From the NCBI GenBank assembly GCA_965248535.1, contig CBDFJR010000005.1, positions 1,120,001-1,184,000 on the forward strand: a stretch of DNA of 64,000 nt, given 5' to 3'. The position numbers were made by a program, and so were the translations under genes. The notes beneath the pieces are model-generated. The model was given only the letters and a program-made list of their open reading frames with translations. It had not been told where the DNA came from and searched no databases. Below, piece after piece: positions 1-10,939 of the stretch. Numbering within the stretch: position 1 is the stretch's first letter; every line of letters starts with the position of its first letter. The DNA comes from Phormidesmis sp. (GTDB taxonomy: Bacteria > Cyanobacteriota > Cyanobacteriia > Leptolyngbyales > Leptolyngbyaceae).

Positions 1-1
1 G

Positions 2-328
2 ACTAGACCTCTGCCAAGTCTCAATCGCCCTCAGCCTAAATACTCCAATTCTTCAGCCTATATTGATGCCACCGATCGTCCGCTCTCACCAGGTGAAATG
101 TTTGCCCTATTTATTTTGGGGCTAACTTTTTTGGCGTGTTTGCTATTGGCGATCACGATCGGGTTTACTAGAGGTGAAACGGCCTTTCAACCGATCGTCG
201 CAGATATTCCCCTAATTCAAGAAACCGTGCCTGATCTAAAGCCATTTTTAGCAGACCCGACGGCAACGGTTACGCCTGCGATTCCGGCTCCATCTGACCC
301 GATCGATCTCATCCCACCTAACGATTAA
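2..328 (+). CDS. 3' part of a membrane-anchored protein, probably the cyanobacterial J-domain protein that precedes DUF3143 (5' end outside window)
   Basis: The frame of ORF 98..328 is open back to base 2 (TRPLPSLNRPQPKYSNSSAYIDATDRPLSPGEMFALFILGLTF...). The AYxDxxDRPLSxGE + TM motif and the downstream neighbour match my recollection of this family. Confidence 0.6.
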   Translation, partial: TRPLPSLNRPQPKYSNSSAYIDATDRPLSPGEMFALFILGLTFLACLLLAITIGFTRGETAFQPIVADIPLIQETVPDLKPFLADPTATVTPAIPAPSDPIDLIPPND

Positions 329-335
329 AGACTGC

Positions 336-602
336 ATGACTTTGCCCTCTGCTGATACACCTTTATATAATCACCCGCTGCCTCAGATCGAGTCATGGCT
401 TGGTCAACACGGGTGCAAACAAGATTCAGAAGACGTTCACTGCTGGCTGATTGAAAAATCTGAGTGGCGCGCCGAACTCTGTCTGGATGTCGATCAAATT
501 AACATCCGCTACATTCAAGAAGACGGGCCTGATATTCAGCGATCATTCAAATATTCTCTCAGCCGCCAAGACCTCGAAGATGCAATTTTTGCAGGGCCTT
601 GA
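336..602 (+). CDS. DUF3143 family protein
   Basis: LPSADTPLYNHPLPQIESWL...RSFKYSLSRQDLEDAIFAGP, typical of this cyanobacterial/plastid family. Confidence 0.85.
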   Translation: MTLPSADTPLYNHPLPQIESWLGQHGCKQDSEDVHCWLIEKSEWRAELCLDVDQINIRYIQEDGPDIQRSFKYSLSRQDLEDAIFAGP

Positions 603-668
603 ATCGAATTTGAGGGGCAATCTTCAATCTCTGAATGGAAGAATGCCGCATCCACGATGTAAAAGGTA

Positions 669-1418
669 TCAAATTTTGCCAAACCTTCGTTCTCGTTGCT
701 GATAAGCGACTAGCGCTTGGTGAAATTCAGGGCGATCGAAGTCAGGCCATAGCGTATCGGTGACATAAATTTCGCTATAGGCCATTTGCCACAGCAGAAA
801 GTTGCTTAAGCGCATTTCACCGCTTGTCCGAATTAATAGATCAGGGTCGCAGATGCCTGCCGTGTAGAGATGACGTTCAAACAGACCTTCGTCAATGTCT
901 TCGAGTTGCACTGTGCCCTGCTGAACTTGAGCCGCGATCGCTCGACACGCCCTTAAAATTTCTTGCCGCCCGCCATAGTTGGTGGCAACCGTGAAGCAAA
1001 TACCCTGGTTGTTTTGAGTTTCGATCATCGATCGCTCAATTTCAGCCTGAAGACTTCTTGGCAAAGCCCCCAGATTGCCAACAAACTTAATGCAAACATT
1101 TTCCTGCATCATCTCTCGCAGTTCTTGACGCAGCACCCGCTCAAATAGCGTCATCAAAAACTCAACTTCCTCCAGAGGTCTGCCCCAATTTTCGGTCGAA
1201 AACGCATAGGCCGTTAGCGCCTGCACTCCCCAATCTCGACAGCACCGCAGCAGCCCCTTGAGGGCATCGACTCCGCGCCGATGCCCCATAATTCGAGGTA
1301 GCCCCTGACGTTTGGCCCAACGTCCGTTGCCGTCCATGATGACCGCAACGTGTTTAGGCAGATGGTCTCGCTTTAGATCCGCTGGTAACTCTTGTAAGAC
1401 GGTGTGCTTGGCAGTCAT
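669..1418 (-). CDS. uppS: isoprenyl transferase (undecaprenyl diphosphate synthase)
   Basis: [42 protein letters not shown] motifs; start taken at ATG 1418 (MTAKH). Confidence 0.95.
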   Translation of the reverse strand: MTAKHTVLQELPADLKRDHLPKHVAVIMDGNGRWAKRQGLPRIMGHRRGVDALKGLLRCCRDWGVQALTAYAFSTENWGRPLEEVEFLMTLFERVLRQELREMMQENVCIKFVGNLGALPRSLQAEIERSMIETQNNQGICFTVATNYGGRQEILRACRAIAAQVQQGTVQLEDIDEGLFERHLYTAGICDPDLLIRTSGEMRLSNFLLWQMAYSEIYVTDTLWPDFDRPEFHQALVAYQQRERRFGKI

Positions 1419-1585
1419 TGTTTTTCGTGAAGAGCCGATGCTTGAGTGATGGGAAGTCAAACGCAGAAAGATGGATGAGAAAAGTTTTGATTGAGCGATC
1501 GCACAGGGTGGCACTCTAGACTGACGACTCTAAACCGCAAGTAAAATGAACCTCCTGCAAAGATGCCATAGTACAAGAATCTGAG

Positions 1586-2590
1586 CTAGTCACTCTGATT
1601 TTTTGGATCTTTTGATTTGGGGTTAGGTCGCAAGCTGCTGTCAGTGTCACCCCTCTTTTTAGGTCGAAATAAGCGTGAAAACAGAGACAATGCTCTACCA
1701 GAAATCTGACGAGCCAAACTCCGCAAATCGGGGGCGACGGCTTCACGATCGCCCGATTGCGAAAAGCGCGCTTCTAAAAGTTCTTTGAGTTTGATGCTGG
1801 TTAGGGGGCGATTGAGCGCGCCTCGTTCGGCTAGCGAAATCGACCCAGTTTCTTCAGACACGACGACACAGATGCAGTTTTCAACCCGTTCTGTGATGCC
1901 CATAGCGGCCCGATGCCGCGTGCCTAGCTGTCGAGAGGCAGTGCGTTCTGAGAGAGGTAGAATTACCCCGGCTGCAATAATGCGAGAGCCTCTGATTAAG
2001 ACTGCCCCGTCGTGCAGCAAGGTGGTCGTTTGAAAGATGGTTTGCAGCAGTTCTTTAGAAACTTCAGCATTGAGCTTAACCCCTGGAACTGAAAAATCTC
2101 GCTCGTCGATCGGAGTAGAGGTTTCTAAAATCAGCAGTGCGCCGATCCGATTTTGCGACAGTTCTTTAACGGCATCGACTATCTCGTCGATCACGCTGTC
2201 CGATCGCGGCAAGCTTCTTCGCGATGGCTGAAATAGCTGGAAGATTTCGCCTCGCCCCAACTGTTCTAAAAATCGACGAAACTCTGATTGAAGAATAAAT
2301 GCCATCGCGACTGCTGCCCCAATCACCAGGTTGTTGAGCACAAAACTCAGCAGTTTTAGCTCTAGCCGTTGGCTGATGGCGGCAGCCAACATAAGCACAA
2401 TAAAGCCTCTGACCATCCAGAGAGTGCGGCGCTCACCGATGATGACCAACATCACATAGGTCAGCGCCAGCACTAACCCAATATCAATTAAGAACCTGAG
2501 ATTGTCGAGTATGAAAATCAACAAGGACTGTATCCAGTCGGGGTTTGTTAATAAGGATAAAGGGTCAAGTGTAGAGGGTGCCAGCAACAC
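1586..2590 (-). CDS. cdaA: diadenylate cyclase CdaA (TM + DisA_N)
   Basis: N-terminal TM helices, LHDGA and GTRHRAA motifs; lysA-cdaA-uppS order; exact start uncertain. Confidence 0.92.
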   Translation of the reverse strand: MLLAPSTLDPLSLLTNPDWIQSLLIFILDNLRFLIDIGLVLALTYVMLVIIGERRTLWMVRGFIVLMLAAAISQRLELKLLSFVLNNLVIGAAVAMAFILQSEFRRFLEQLGRGEIFQLFQPSRRSLPRSDSVIDEIVDAVKELSQNRIGALLILETSTPIDERDFSVPGVKLNAEVSKELLQTIFQTTTLLHDGAVLIRGSRIIAAGVILPLSERTASRQLGTRHRAAMGITERVENCICVVVSEETGSISLAERGALNRPLTSIKLKELLEARFSQSGDREAVAPDLRSLARQISGRALSLFSRLFRPKKRGDTDSSLRPNPKSKDPKNQSD

Positions 2591-2654
2591 AGGCGCGTTT
2601 CAAGTTAGGTTTTATTCAATCTTCAAACCAACTTCACCCTCTACCCTGTTGGCT

Positions 2655-4055
2655 TTATCCTTCTTTCAATCGTTCTGGGAGGCGATCGTGCCTGATCAGA
2701 TCTTCATAGGTTTCGCGCTGTAGGATGACGTTAGCCTCTCCTGCCTTTACCACAACGGCAGCAGGGCGGGGGAGCCGATTGTAATTGGAGGACATGCTGT
2801 AATTGTAGGCTCCGGTTGCCATGACCACGAGAATGTCTCCAGAGTGGGTCTCTGGCAGTTGCGCGTCTTTGATCAGAATATCGCCTGATTCGCAGTGCTT
2901 TCCAGCGATCGTCACCTCACCTACGATCGGGGCTGACATCCGATTGGCCACCACTGCCCGATAGAGCGATTGATAGGTGATCGGGCGCGGGTTGTCAGAC
3001 ATCCCGCCATCGACACTGATATAGGTGCGGATGCCAGGGACAGTTTTTTCTCCACCGATGGTATAAGCCGTCACACAGGCCGAGCCGATCAGCGATCGCC
3101 CCGGTTCTGACAATAATTTTGGCAGGGGAATGTTTTCAGTCTGACAGGCAGCCACGACAGACTCACACACAACCTTCACCCATTCGTCAATACTGGGGGG
3201 ATCATCCGATTCGGTATAGCGAATGCCCAAACCGCCGCCAATATTGAGTTCTTGAATCGCCAATCCATAGTGAGCCGCTTTGCTTAACCACTGCACCATC
3301 ACGGCTCCTAGATCCTGGTGGGGTTGCAGTTCAAAAATTTGGGAGCCGATGTGAGCGTGCAAACCCACAAATGTCAAAGATGACTGTTGGCTGATGAACT
3401 TAAACAGATCGTCAACCTGGTTGGGATCAAAGCCAAACTTGCTGTCTAAGTGCCCCGTGCGGATGTATTCGTGGGTGTGACACTCAATCCCTGGGGTAAG
3501 TCGCACCATGATACGAGTAGGTGTTTGACGATCGGCGGTCAAATTCGTCAATGTCTTTAGTTCTAACCAGTTGTCTACCACGATCGTGCAGCCCGACTCG
3601 ATCGCCTGCCTCAACTCGTCTAATGATTTATTGTTGCCGTGCAGATAAAGCCTGCTGGGATCAAGCCCTGCTTTTAGAGCAGTGTAGAGTTCGCCACCCG
3701 AAACGATATCGATCCCCAAGCCTTCACTGCCAACGATCGCGCAGACTGCCAGACAATTCCAGGCTTTCGAGGCGTAGAGCACTTGTGACTCTCCAGGATA
3801 GTAGCGCTTAAACGCATCGCGATAGTGGCGGCAAGCGGTTCTCAGCGTCTCTTCGTCCAAAATATAGAGCGGAGACCCAAATTTTTGCACCAATTCAGAG
3901 ACATCGAAGCCTCCAATCTCTAAGCGATCGTGGCCGTTGACTTGGGCAGTCAGGGGCAACAGGAATTGATTAGGGGATCGCTCCCCAGAAAGCGTTGCAT
4001 TAGGCAAATACTGCCGACCGGAGTTTTGAACATCCACAGGTTGAGTCAGTGTCAT
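2655..4055 (-). CDS. lysA: diaminopimelate decarboxylase
   Basis: YASKA PLP lysine, HAHIGSQI, GGGLG, EPGRS, CESGD, GAYNYSMSSNYN. Confidence 0.96.
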   Translation of the reverse strand: MTLTQPVDVQNSGRQYLPNATLSGERSPNQFLLPLTAQVNGHDRLEIGGFDVSELVQKFGSPLYILDEETLRTACRHYRDAFKRYYPGESQVLYASKAWNCLAVCAIVGSEGLGIDIVSGGELYTALKAGLDPSRLYLHGNNKSLDELRQAIESGCTIVVDNWLELKTLTNLTADRQTPTRIMVRLTPGIECHTHEYIRTGHLDSKFGFDPNQVDDLFKFISQQSSLTFVGLHAHIGSQIFELQPHQDLGAVMVQWLSKAAHYGLAIQELNIGGGLGIRYTESDDPPSIDEWVKVVCESVVAACQTENIPLPKLLSEPGRSLIGSACVTAYTIGGEKTVPGIRTYISVDGGMSDNPRPITYQSLYRAVVANRMSAPIVGEVTIAGKHCESGDILIKDAQLPETHSGDILVVMATGAYNYSMSSNYNRLPRPAAVVVKAGEANVILQRETYEDLIRHDRLPERLKEG

Positions 4056-4157
4056 TTCTTTGTTTTCGTCCTCGCTAGCGGCAAGCTCAAGCCATTTTTG
4101 CTACTACCAGTGTACAATTGGGGGCTGTGCATTCTGACTCTAATTCAACAAGCTTGT

Positions 4158-4745
4158 GTGACTTCTCTCCTAAAACTTGAGCGCTTAACTTCAGAGCTTC
4201 TTCCGGCTGTTGTAGATCTCGATCAGCAGTGCTTTGGCGGCCTGTGGACGCTAGAGGGCTACCAGAGAGAATTAGACAGCCCCAATAGCGATCTCGTGGT
4301 TTTAATCGATCAAGACTCCATGATCGTGTTAGGGTTGGGCTGTCTCTGGGCGATTCTAGACGAGGCTCACATCACGATCGTGGCCGTTCACCCCAGCTAT
4401 CAGCGGTTAGGGTTTGGGCAGACGCTCCTAACAGCCTTGCTGCGATCAGCCCACCAACGAGGGTTAGAAAGAGCTACCCTAGAGGTCAGAATTTCTAATC
4501 AATCCGCGATTAATCTATATCAAAAATTTGATTTTCGCGAAGCAGGGCGACGAAAGCGCTACTATCCCGACACAGGCGAGGATGCCAGCATTCTCTGGCG
4601 TGGCGGGCTGCAACACCCTAACTTTCCCAACTTGTTGATGGCTTGGCAGACCCAACTCTGCGATCGTCTCCATGAAAATAATTGGACTTTAACGGTAACC
4701 CCTGATACGTTTACGACAGAAGAATTTTTGCTGACAGACGTTTAA
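4158..4745 (+). CDS. rimI: ribosomal-protein-alanine N-acetyltransferase (GNAT)
   Basis: EAHITIVAVHP, QRLGFG, LEVRISNQSAINLYQKF, GRRKRYY; GTG start at 4158 chosen to avoid overlap with lysA. Confidence 0.88.
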   Translation: MTSLLKLERLTSELLPAVVDLDQQCFGGLWTLEGYQRELDSPNSDLVVLIDQDSMIVLGLGCLWAILDEAHITIVAVHPSYQRLGFGQTLLTALLRSAHQRGLERATLEVRISNQSAINLYQKFDFREAGRRKRYYPDTGEDASILWRGGLQHPNFPNLLMAWQTQLCDRLHENNWTLTVTPDTFTTEEFLLTDV

Positions 4746-4915
4746 ACGTTCTGTGACAATCTCCCCCTAGTAATCAATCTCAGGTCTGTGGCGATCGCGA
4801 ACGATGAAGTTCGGTAATCGCGACTCTTTCCTGTGGCGTAGACCCAGTAGCGAGACAATTCCGCTATGTTAGAATCATCGGTACCGGCAACGCAGCAGGT
4901 GAGTGGAAATACGCC

Positions 4916-7396
4916 ATGTTTGAACGCTTCACAGAAAAAGCCATTAAGGTGATCATGCTAGCCCAAGAGGAAGCTCGCCGCTTGGGTCACAACTTCGTGG
5001 GTACAGAGCAGATCCTCCTGGGTCTGATTGGAGAAGGGACCGGCGTCGCCGCCAAAGTACTGAAGTCTATGGGCGTTAACCTCAAAGACGCTCGGATTGA
5101 AGTCGAGAAAATCATCGGTCGAGGTTCTGGCTTTGTTGCCGTGGAAATTCCCTTTACCCCACGGGCAAAGCGAGTTCTAGAACTGTCTCTCGAAGAAGCC
5201 CGCCAGTTAGGTCATAACTACATTGGCACTGAGCACCTGCTCTTGGGTCTGATTCGAGAAGGTGAAGGAGTCGCCGCCAGAGTGCTTGAAAATCTAGGAG
5301 TCGATCTCTCCAAGGTTCGCACTCAAGTGATTCGGATGTTGGGCGAAACCGCCGAGGTTTCTCCAGGTGGCAGTCAAGGGCGCACCAAAACTCCGACGCT
5401 TGATGAGTTTGGGGCCAACCTGACTCAGATGGCAGCCGATGGCAAACTCGACCCCGTGGTCGGTCGCCAAAAAGAAATTGAACGAGTCATCCAAATCTTG
5501 GGTCGTCGGACTAAGAACAACCCTGTTCTCATCGGCGAGCCGGGTGTGGGTAAAACCGCGATCGCGGAAGGCCTCGCCCAGCGCATTGCCAACGACGACA
5601 TCCCAGACATTTTGGAAGATAAGCGTGTCGTCACCCTAGACATCGGTCTGTTGGTGGCGGGTACCAAATACCGAGGCGAGTTTGAAGAGCGCCTCAAGAA
5701 GATCATGGATGAAATCCGGTCGGCCGGAAACGTCATTCTAGTGATCGATGAAGTGCATACCCTCATTGGTGCAGGGGCGGCTGAAGGGGCGATCGACGCT
5801 GCCAACATCCTCAAGCCAGCCTTGGCGCGGGGTGAATTGCAGTGCATCGGAGCCACCACGCTCGACGAATATCGCAAGCACATTGAGCGAGACGCTGCCC
5901 TAGAGCGCCGATTCCAGCCCGTCATGGTGGGTGAACCCTCTGTTGACGAAACGATCGAGATTTTGCGAGGTCTGCGCGAACGCTACGAGCAGCACCACAA
6001 ACTGAAGATCTCGGATGCTGCCCTTGAAGCGGCTGCCAAGCTCTCAGACCGCTATATCTCCGATCGCTTCTTGCCCGACAAGGCGATCGACTTAGTAGAC
6101 GAAGCAGGTTCCCGCGTCCGGTTAATTAACTCTCAGTTACCACCTGCTGCCAAGGAACTGGATCGGGAATTGCGCCAAGTTCTCAAAGATAAAGACGACG
6201 CGGTGCGGTCACAAAACTTTGACCGTGCAGGCGAACTGCGCGATCGCGAAATGGAGATCAAAACTGAAATCCGGGCGATCGCTCAAACCAAAAAGACAAC
6301 CTCTGACGCGGGTGAAGAAGTGTCTCCCATTGTGGATGAGGACGATATCGCTCACATTGTGGCTTCATGGACAGGGGTTCCGGTGAATAAACTCACTGAA
6401 TCTGAGTCTGAAAAGCTGCTGCACATGGAAGACACGCTGCACACGCGGCTGATCGGTCAAGACGAAGCGGTGAGAGCGGTGTCTCGTGCAATTCGTCGGG
6501 CGCGGGTGGGCTTGAAAAACCCTAACCGCCCGATCGCTAGTTTCATCTTCTCCGGCCCAACCGGGGTAGGTAAAACTGAGTTGACAAAAGCGCTGGCTGC
6601 CTACTTCTTCGGCTCCGAAGATTCCATGATTCGGCTCGATATGTCCGAGTTTATGGAGCGGCACACGGTTTCTAAACTGATCGGGTCGCCTCCGGGCTAT
6701 GTGGGCTATAACGAGGGCGGTCAGTTGACCGAAGCCGTTCGTCGCAAGCCTTACACGGTGGTGCTGTTTGACGAGATCGAGAAGGCGCACCCAGATGTGT
6801 TTAACATGCTGCTGCAAATTCTTGAAGATGGGCGATTGACCGATGCCAAGGGTCGCACCGTTGACTTTAAAAACACGCTGCTGATCATGACCTCGAACAT
6901 CGGTTCTAAGGTGATTGAAAAAGGTGGCGGCGGTTTGGGCTTTGAGTTCAGCAATGAAGACGTAGCCGAGTCGCAATATAACCGCATCCGATCGTTGGTT
7001 AACGAAGAACTGAAGAACTACTTCCGTCCTGAGTTTCTCAACCGTCTAGACGAAATCATCGTCTTCCGTCAGTTGATCAAAGAAGAAGTCAAGCGGATTG
7101 CAGACATCATGCTTAACGATGTCTTTAAGCGCCTGACTGAGCAGGGAATTACGCTGGAAGTCACAGAGCGATTTAAAGATCGCTTGGTTGATGAAGGCTT
7201 TAACCCCAGCTATGGAGCGCGTCCTCTACGTCGAGCCATCATGCGCTTGCTAGAAGACTCGCTGGCTGAAGAGATCCTCTCGGCGCGCATCAAAGATGGT
7301 GATGTCGCCATTATGGATGTCGATGAGAGCGGTCAGGTGAAAGTGCTGCAAGGAGAGAAGAGAGAGCTACTGCCGCTTCCTCAAGCAGTTGAGTAA
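4916..7396 (+). CDS. clpC: ATP-dependent Clp protease ATP-binding subunit ClpC
   Basis: [26 protein letters not shown] start, two Clp-N repeats, Walker A motifs GEPGVGKT and GPTGVGKT. Confidence 0.98.
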   Translation: MFERFTEKAIKVIMLAQEEARRLGHNFVGTEQILLGLIGEGTGVAAKVLKSMGVNLKDARIEVEKIIGRGSGFVAVEIPFTPRAKRVLELSLEEARQLGHNYIGTEHLLLGLIREGEGVAARVLENLGVDLSKVRTQVIRMLGETAEVSPGGSQGRTKTPTLDEFGANLTQMAADGKLDPVVGRQKEIERVIQILGRRTKNNPVLIGEPGVGKTAIAEGLAQRIANDDIPDILEDKRVVTLDIGLLVAGTKYRGEFEERLKKIMDEIRSAGNVILVIDEVHTLIGAGAAEGAIDAANILKPALARGELQCIGATTLDEYRKHIERDAALERRFQPVMVGEPSVDETIEILRGLRERYEQHHKLKISDAALEAAAKLSDRYISDRFLPDKAIDLVDEAGSRVRLINSQLPPAAKELDRELRQVLKDKDDAVRSQNFDRAGELRDREMEIKTEIRAIAQTKKTTSDAGEEVSPIVDEDDIAHIVASWTGVPVNKLTESESEKLLHMEDTLHTRLIGQDEAVRAVSRAIRRARVGLKNPNRPIASFIFSGPTGVGKTELTKALAAYFFGSEDSMIRLDMSEFMERHTVSKLIGSPPGYVGYNEGGQLTEAVRRKPYTVVLFDEIEKAHPDVFNMLLQILEDGRLTDAKGRTVDFKNTLLIMTSNIGSKVIEKGGGGLGFEFSNEDVAESQYNRIRSLVNEELKNYFRPEFLNRLDEIIVFRQLIKEEVKRIADIMLNDVFKRLTEQGITLEVTERFKDRLVDEGFNPSYGARPLRRAIMRLLEDSLAEEILSARIKDGDVAIMDVDESGQVKVLQGEKRELLPLPQAVE

Positions 7397-7427
7397 TCTC
7401 TAGATCTCTGAACCAATCTAAGTTTTT

Positions 7428-7463
7428 AAGTGGTAGAAGTCCTGAGATTTCTACCACTTTTTT
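7428..7463 (+). terminator. intrinsic terminator of clpC
   Basis: AAGTGGTAGAAGTC-CTGA-GATTTCTACCACTT hairpin followed by a T run. Confidence 0.85.
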
Positions 7464-7477
7464 GTATCAATTGATAC
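7464..7477. promoter_or_regulatory. candidate NtcA box upstream of mscL
   Basis: perfect palindrome GTATCAATTGATAC = GTA-N8-TAC; no canonical -10 at the class II distance. Confidence 0.4.
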
Positions 7478-7619
7478 TCAAACTACTGACACAAAAAGCT
7501 TTTTTGCACCAAAAAGTTAATAGAATTTAACAAAATCCCTTAAGATAGCCAAATATAATACGTTTCAAGCTCAGTGTAATCAACCTTTATTGGTTGCATC
7601 CATCCCAGGAATTATTTTT

Positions 7620-8036
7620 ATGGCAAGAAGTGGATTTTTGGCAGATTTTCAAAAGTTTTTGATGCAGGGCAACGTTATTGATCTGGCAGTTGCTGTCATC
7701 ATTGGTGGCGCATTTGGCAAAATCGTCACGTCTTTTGTGGAAGACATCGTTACGCCCCTCATTCTCAACCCTGCGCTGCAAGCCGCTAAGGTCAACGATT
7801 TGCAAAGTTTGTCAGTCAATGGCGTTAAATATGGGGTCTTTTTGGCGGCAATCATCAACTTCATCGTGATTGCGTTTTCTATCTTTTTGATGATTCGGGC
7901 GTTTGAGAAATCGAAGAAGCGGTTTGCGCGTCAAGAAGCGGTTGCAGAAGCGGCTGCTGCCGATCCAGTCGTGTTATCTCAAGAGCGTTTGACGGGAGCG
8001 ATCGAGCGTCTCACTTCCTCCATGGAAGGTCGCTAA
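7620..8036 (+). CDS. mscL: large-conductance mechanosensitive channel
   Basis: FQKFLMQGNVIDLAVAVIIGGAFGKIVTSFVEDIVTP; YGVFLAAIINF. Confidence 0.95.
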   Translation: MARSGFLADFQKFLMQGNVIDLAVAVIIGGAFGKIVTSFVEDIVTPLILNPALQAAKVNDLQSLSVNGVKYGVFLAAIINFIVIAFSIFLMIRAFEKSKKRFARQEAVAEAAAADPVVLSQERLTGAIERLTSSMEGR

Positions 8037-8043
8037 GATGGGA

Positions 8044-8084
8044 GCGATCGTTAAACTTTCTGCTCAAGAAGGCTTAACGATCGC
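8044..8084. terminator. hairpin between convergent mscL and DUF790 genes
   Basis: GCGATCGTTAA...TTAACGATCGC inverted repeat. Confidence 0.6.
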
Positions 8085-8094
8085 CGCTGTATTT

Positions 8095-9309
8095 CTATTC
8101 CAAAACCTCTAAGACGGCTTTGGGCAACAGTTGGTCTTTAAACCAGACAATTCGGGCAGAGGTGTCATTGAAGTTGACTCCTGCTTTTTCTAAATTGAGA
8201 CGCTCTGAAATGGCCAAAATCAGGTCGTCTCGTCCCGCTTGCCGGACTTGGGAGAATTTCTTTTTGAGATATTCGGGTCGCCAATAGCCAACAATTTCTA
8301 ATAAAAAAGTGCGTCCGTCTGGGTGAACGAGCCGAAAGTCAGGAATCATCACACTGCCAGGAATCGGGATGAGATCGACTTCTCGCTCTAGCTGCCACTC
8401 AGTTTTGGCTTTTTGCCAGCGCTCGACAAACCCCGCTTCTAGCATACTGTCGTAGGTCTTGCCGGGAGGATAGTGGCTGACCAGCCCGCACTCTGAGTCG
8501 AGGGCAAAGCGTCCGGTTCGCGTCTTGCCAGAATAGCTATCGTTGACTTGCAACTCGGCGGTCAGGCTCCATTTAGAAACGTGAAGTAGCGCGGGAAGCA
8601 GTTTAGCGATCGCTAATCCATATCGCGTCGAGGGCTTAAACAAACTGGTCGGGCCATCGACCGTGAGCGTAAAGCCGTGGTCAGCGTCGCCCTCAATGTA
8701 GGTCATTAACTGAAACAGTTTGACATAGCGAAACAGCAGCTTATATTGACCCGGATCGTTGCGGTGAGCATTCAAGATTAGGTGACTGGCCCGATAGAAG
8801 ACTCCCTGCACCTGCGAGAGATTGTAGCGATGCAGCAGCGCTTCGGGAGTTGGAACTTCAAACTCAGTCAAAATTTGATTGTCGGGTAGATCGGCATAAA
8901 GCCCCGATCGGATCTGCTCAGTCAAAACTTCATGCCCCAACTCTTGAGTGAGGGAATCTGCAAGACGATCGAGGGTGATTTGAGTCGCTTGAGCACTGGG
9001 CGCAACTTGGGCAGACAGCGCAAAAATCCGCTCTCTGAGCATCGGCGGCTCTAACGGACTAATGGTTTCAAAGGTGCTAAAGCTGCTGTTGAGGAGATGG
9101 GCCAGCCCGCGTTTGATGCGATAGTCGGTTTCTTCACCTTCGAGTTCTAGCAGTTGGCGATTGAGTTCGCCTTTGGTGATGCCTTTGGCTTCTTGAAATA
9201 GGGTGATTAAGTCTTCAGCGATCGCCAGATTAGACCCATCAAGCTTCAACCGCTTGGGCACCAACTCTTCACCATTCATCCGGTGCATCAACAGATCAGA
9301 TGGCAGCAT
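8095..9309 (-). CDS. DUF790 family predicted nuclease (archaeal Bax1-like)
   Basis: MLPSDLL start, YNLSQVQG, DGPTSLF..STRYG, YDSMLE, IPDF...LEIVGYWRPEYL (PD-(D/E)XK-like). Confidence 0.88.
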   Translation of the reverse strand: MLPSDLLMHRMNGEELVPKRLKLDGSNLAIAEDLITLFQEAKGITKGELNRQLLELEGEETDYRIKRGLAHLLNSSFSTFETISPLEPPMLRERIFALSAQVAPSAQATQITLDRLADSLTQELGHEVLTEQIRSGLYADLPDNQILTEFEVPTPEALLHRYNLSQVQGVFYRASHLILNAHRNDPGQYKLLFRYVKLFQLMTYIEGDADHGFTLTVDGPTSLFKPSTRYGLAIAKLLPALLHVSKWSLTAELQVNDSYSGKTRTGRFALDSECGLVSHYPPGKTYDSMLEAGFVERWQKAKTEWQLEREVDLIPIPGSVMIPDFRLVHPDGRTFLLEIVGYWRPEYLKKKFSQVRQAGRDDLILAISERLNLEKAGVNFNDTSARIVWFKDQLLPKAVLEVLE

Positions 9310-9894
9310 TTAGTCCCAAATCTCGCCTAAATCGAGGGTGAATTCAGATAAAACAGGCTCTCCAGAGAGGGTGACGGGACGAGAGAGGATCTCGATCGGT
9401 TGACCCGGCCGATAGATTTCAACCTGTTCATCTTGAGGATTAATCAACCAGCCTAGAGAGGTTCCATTCTCTAGATATTCTCGCATCTTGGCACGGGCGG
9501 CTTCTAAATCGTCAGTCGAAGAGCGCAACTCAATCACAAAATCAGGACATAGGGGAATAAATTTCTTTTTCTGCTCAGGAGTCAAAGCATCCCATCGGTT
9601 TTGCCGAACCCAGGAGACATCGGGCGATCGGGTTGCTCCATTGGGAAGCTTAAACCCCGTTGAGGAATCAAAACTCTTACCCAGTTTCTTTTGCTGATTC
9701 CAAAGCCAGACTTGCCCAGTCAATCCAGAATTCCAGTTTCCGGTTTCGCCTCCGGTGGGTGATATAACGACTAATTCTCCTTGGGCCGTGCGCTCAAATT
9801 TCAAGTCTTGGTTAGCGCGGCAGATTTGCTCAAACTGCTGGTCAGTGAGTTCTAAAACAGGTTTTAGATGGAGGGTAAGAGTGGTTGACTGCAT
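9310..9894 (-). CDS. Uma2 family endonuclease (DUF820)
   Basis: FDSSTGFKLPNGATRSPDVSW, PDFVIELRS, KMREYLENG..LGWLINP; stop abuts the DUF790 ATG. Confidence 0.92.
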   Translation of the reverse strand: MQSTTLTLHLKPVLELTDQQFEQICRANQDLKFERTAQGELVVISPTGGETGNWNSGLTGQVWLWNQQKKLGKSFDSSTGFKLPNGATRSPDVSWVRQNRWDALTPEQKKKFIPLCPDFVIELRSSTDDLEAARAKMREYLENGTSLGWLINPQDEQVEIYRPGQPIEILSRPVTLSGEPVLSEFTLDLGEIWD

Positions 9895-10005
9895 GAGACC
9901 TCTACAATCCTGGCATTCTTGTAGTTTAACGACTCTATGTAACTTCTTGGCTTTTGCCGCGTCATAATAGGGGGCAGCTTTTACGATCGGTAGACGGGTT
10001 GGCAT

Positions 10006-10893
10006 ATGTTTAAGTCACGCTGGCAATGGATGATCGCGCTTGCGCTCTTGGCTTTAGTGGCAGTCACGGGTGTTTGGCTGCTTCACCCAAAAGAAACTTC
10101 AGCCCCGACGAATCCATCGTTGATCGGTGAACGAACGGTTGATCACCTGATGCTGGGCAACCCTAGTAAGGCAGGAGTTGACCCCAACAATTTTCTGTTG
10201 CAAAGCTCAGAGAGCCTCGATCAACTTCGACCTTATGTGACCTCCTATAACCGCAGTCGCAACATCCCCAATTGGTCAAGCTGGCAGTTAAACAAATCGT
10301 GGTTAGGAAGTTCTCCTCGGCGCAATGATTTTCGTCCTGATCCGACGTTGCCCAAGGGTTGGTATCAAGTTAGATCAAGTGACTATAACAACAGTGGCTA
10401 CGATCGGGGGCACATGACCCCGGCTGCCGATCGCGACAACACGCCCCAAAATGTTTCTGCCACATTTTTGATGACCAACATTCTGCCGCAAGCGCCTGAT
10501 AATAATCAGGGCCCGTGGGCGCAGTTAGAAAACTATAGCCGCAGTTTGGTAGAGCAAGGAAAGGAACTCTACATCATTGCGGGTGGCTATGGCTATCAGC
10601 GATCGATTGGGAAAGGCACGGTCAAAATCTCGGTGCCCGATCGGGTGTGGAAGGTGATTATCGTGATGGACAAACCCGGACTCACCGCTAAAGATGTGAC
10701 GGTAAACACACGAGTGATTGCGATCGATATGCCTAATGTGCAAGGCATCAAAGACATGGACTGGCGCAAATATCGAGTTAGCGTTGATTTAATTGAAGAG
10801 AGAACAGGCTATAACTTTTTGACCAATGTGCCCGATGCGGTGCAGGTGCACATTGAGGAGAAGGTCGATAAGGTCGTCGATCGAGTTAATTAA
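10006..10893 (+). CDS. nucA: secreted sugar-nonspecific DNA/RNA endonuclease NucA
   Basis: N-terminal signal/TM, YDRGHMTPAADR, TFLMTNILPQAPDNNQGPW. Confidence 0.92.
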   Translation: MFKSRWQWMIALALLALVAVTGVWLLHPKETSAPTNPSLIGERTVDHLMLGNPSKAGVDPNNFLLQSSESLDQLRPYVTSYNRSRNIPNWSSWQLNKSWLGSSPRRNDFRPDPTLPKGWYQVRSSDYNNSGYDRGHMTPAADRDNTPQNVSATFLMTNILPQAPDNNQGPWAQLENYSRSLVEQGKELYIIAGGYGYQRSIGKGTVKISVPDRVWKVIIVMDKPGLTAKDVTVNTRVIAIDMPNVQGIKDMDWRKYRVSVDLIEERTGYNFLTNVPDAVQVHIEEKVDKVVDRVN

Positions 10894-10898
10894 GGCTT

Positions 10899-10931
10899 AG
10901 ACCTCCGACTTCTTTAAGAAGTCGGAGGTCT
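10899..10931. repeat. 33-bp perfect palindrome (REP-like element, probable bidirectional terminator)
   Basis: AGACCTCCGACTTCTT-T-AAGAAGTCGGAGGTCT between convergent nucA and nuiA. Confidence 0.85.
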
Positions 10932-10939
10932 GGAGAGGT

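Noticed and set aside
1419..1585. ORF extension upstream of uppS / ORF 1516..1746 as a separate gene or duplicated cdaA tail
   Set aside because: only a vague resemblance; cannot be supported without alignment
3930..4157. N-terminal extension of rimI in the ORF track
   Set aside because: overlaps the divergent lysA start; GTG at 4158 gives a normal-length protein
5294..6987. Several antisense ORFs inside clpC (likewise in dnaE, ligA, thiC and the kinase)
   Set aside because: shadow ORFs of strongly conserved coding genes with no recognisable motifs
9895..10005. Longer start for the Uma2 gene
   Set aside because: would leave no space for the divergent promoters with nucA; the domain starts at 9894
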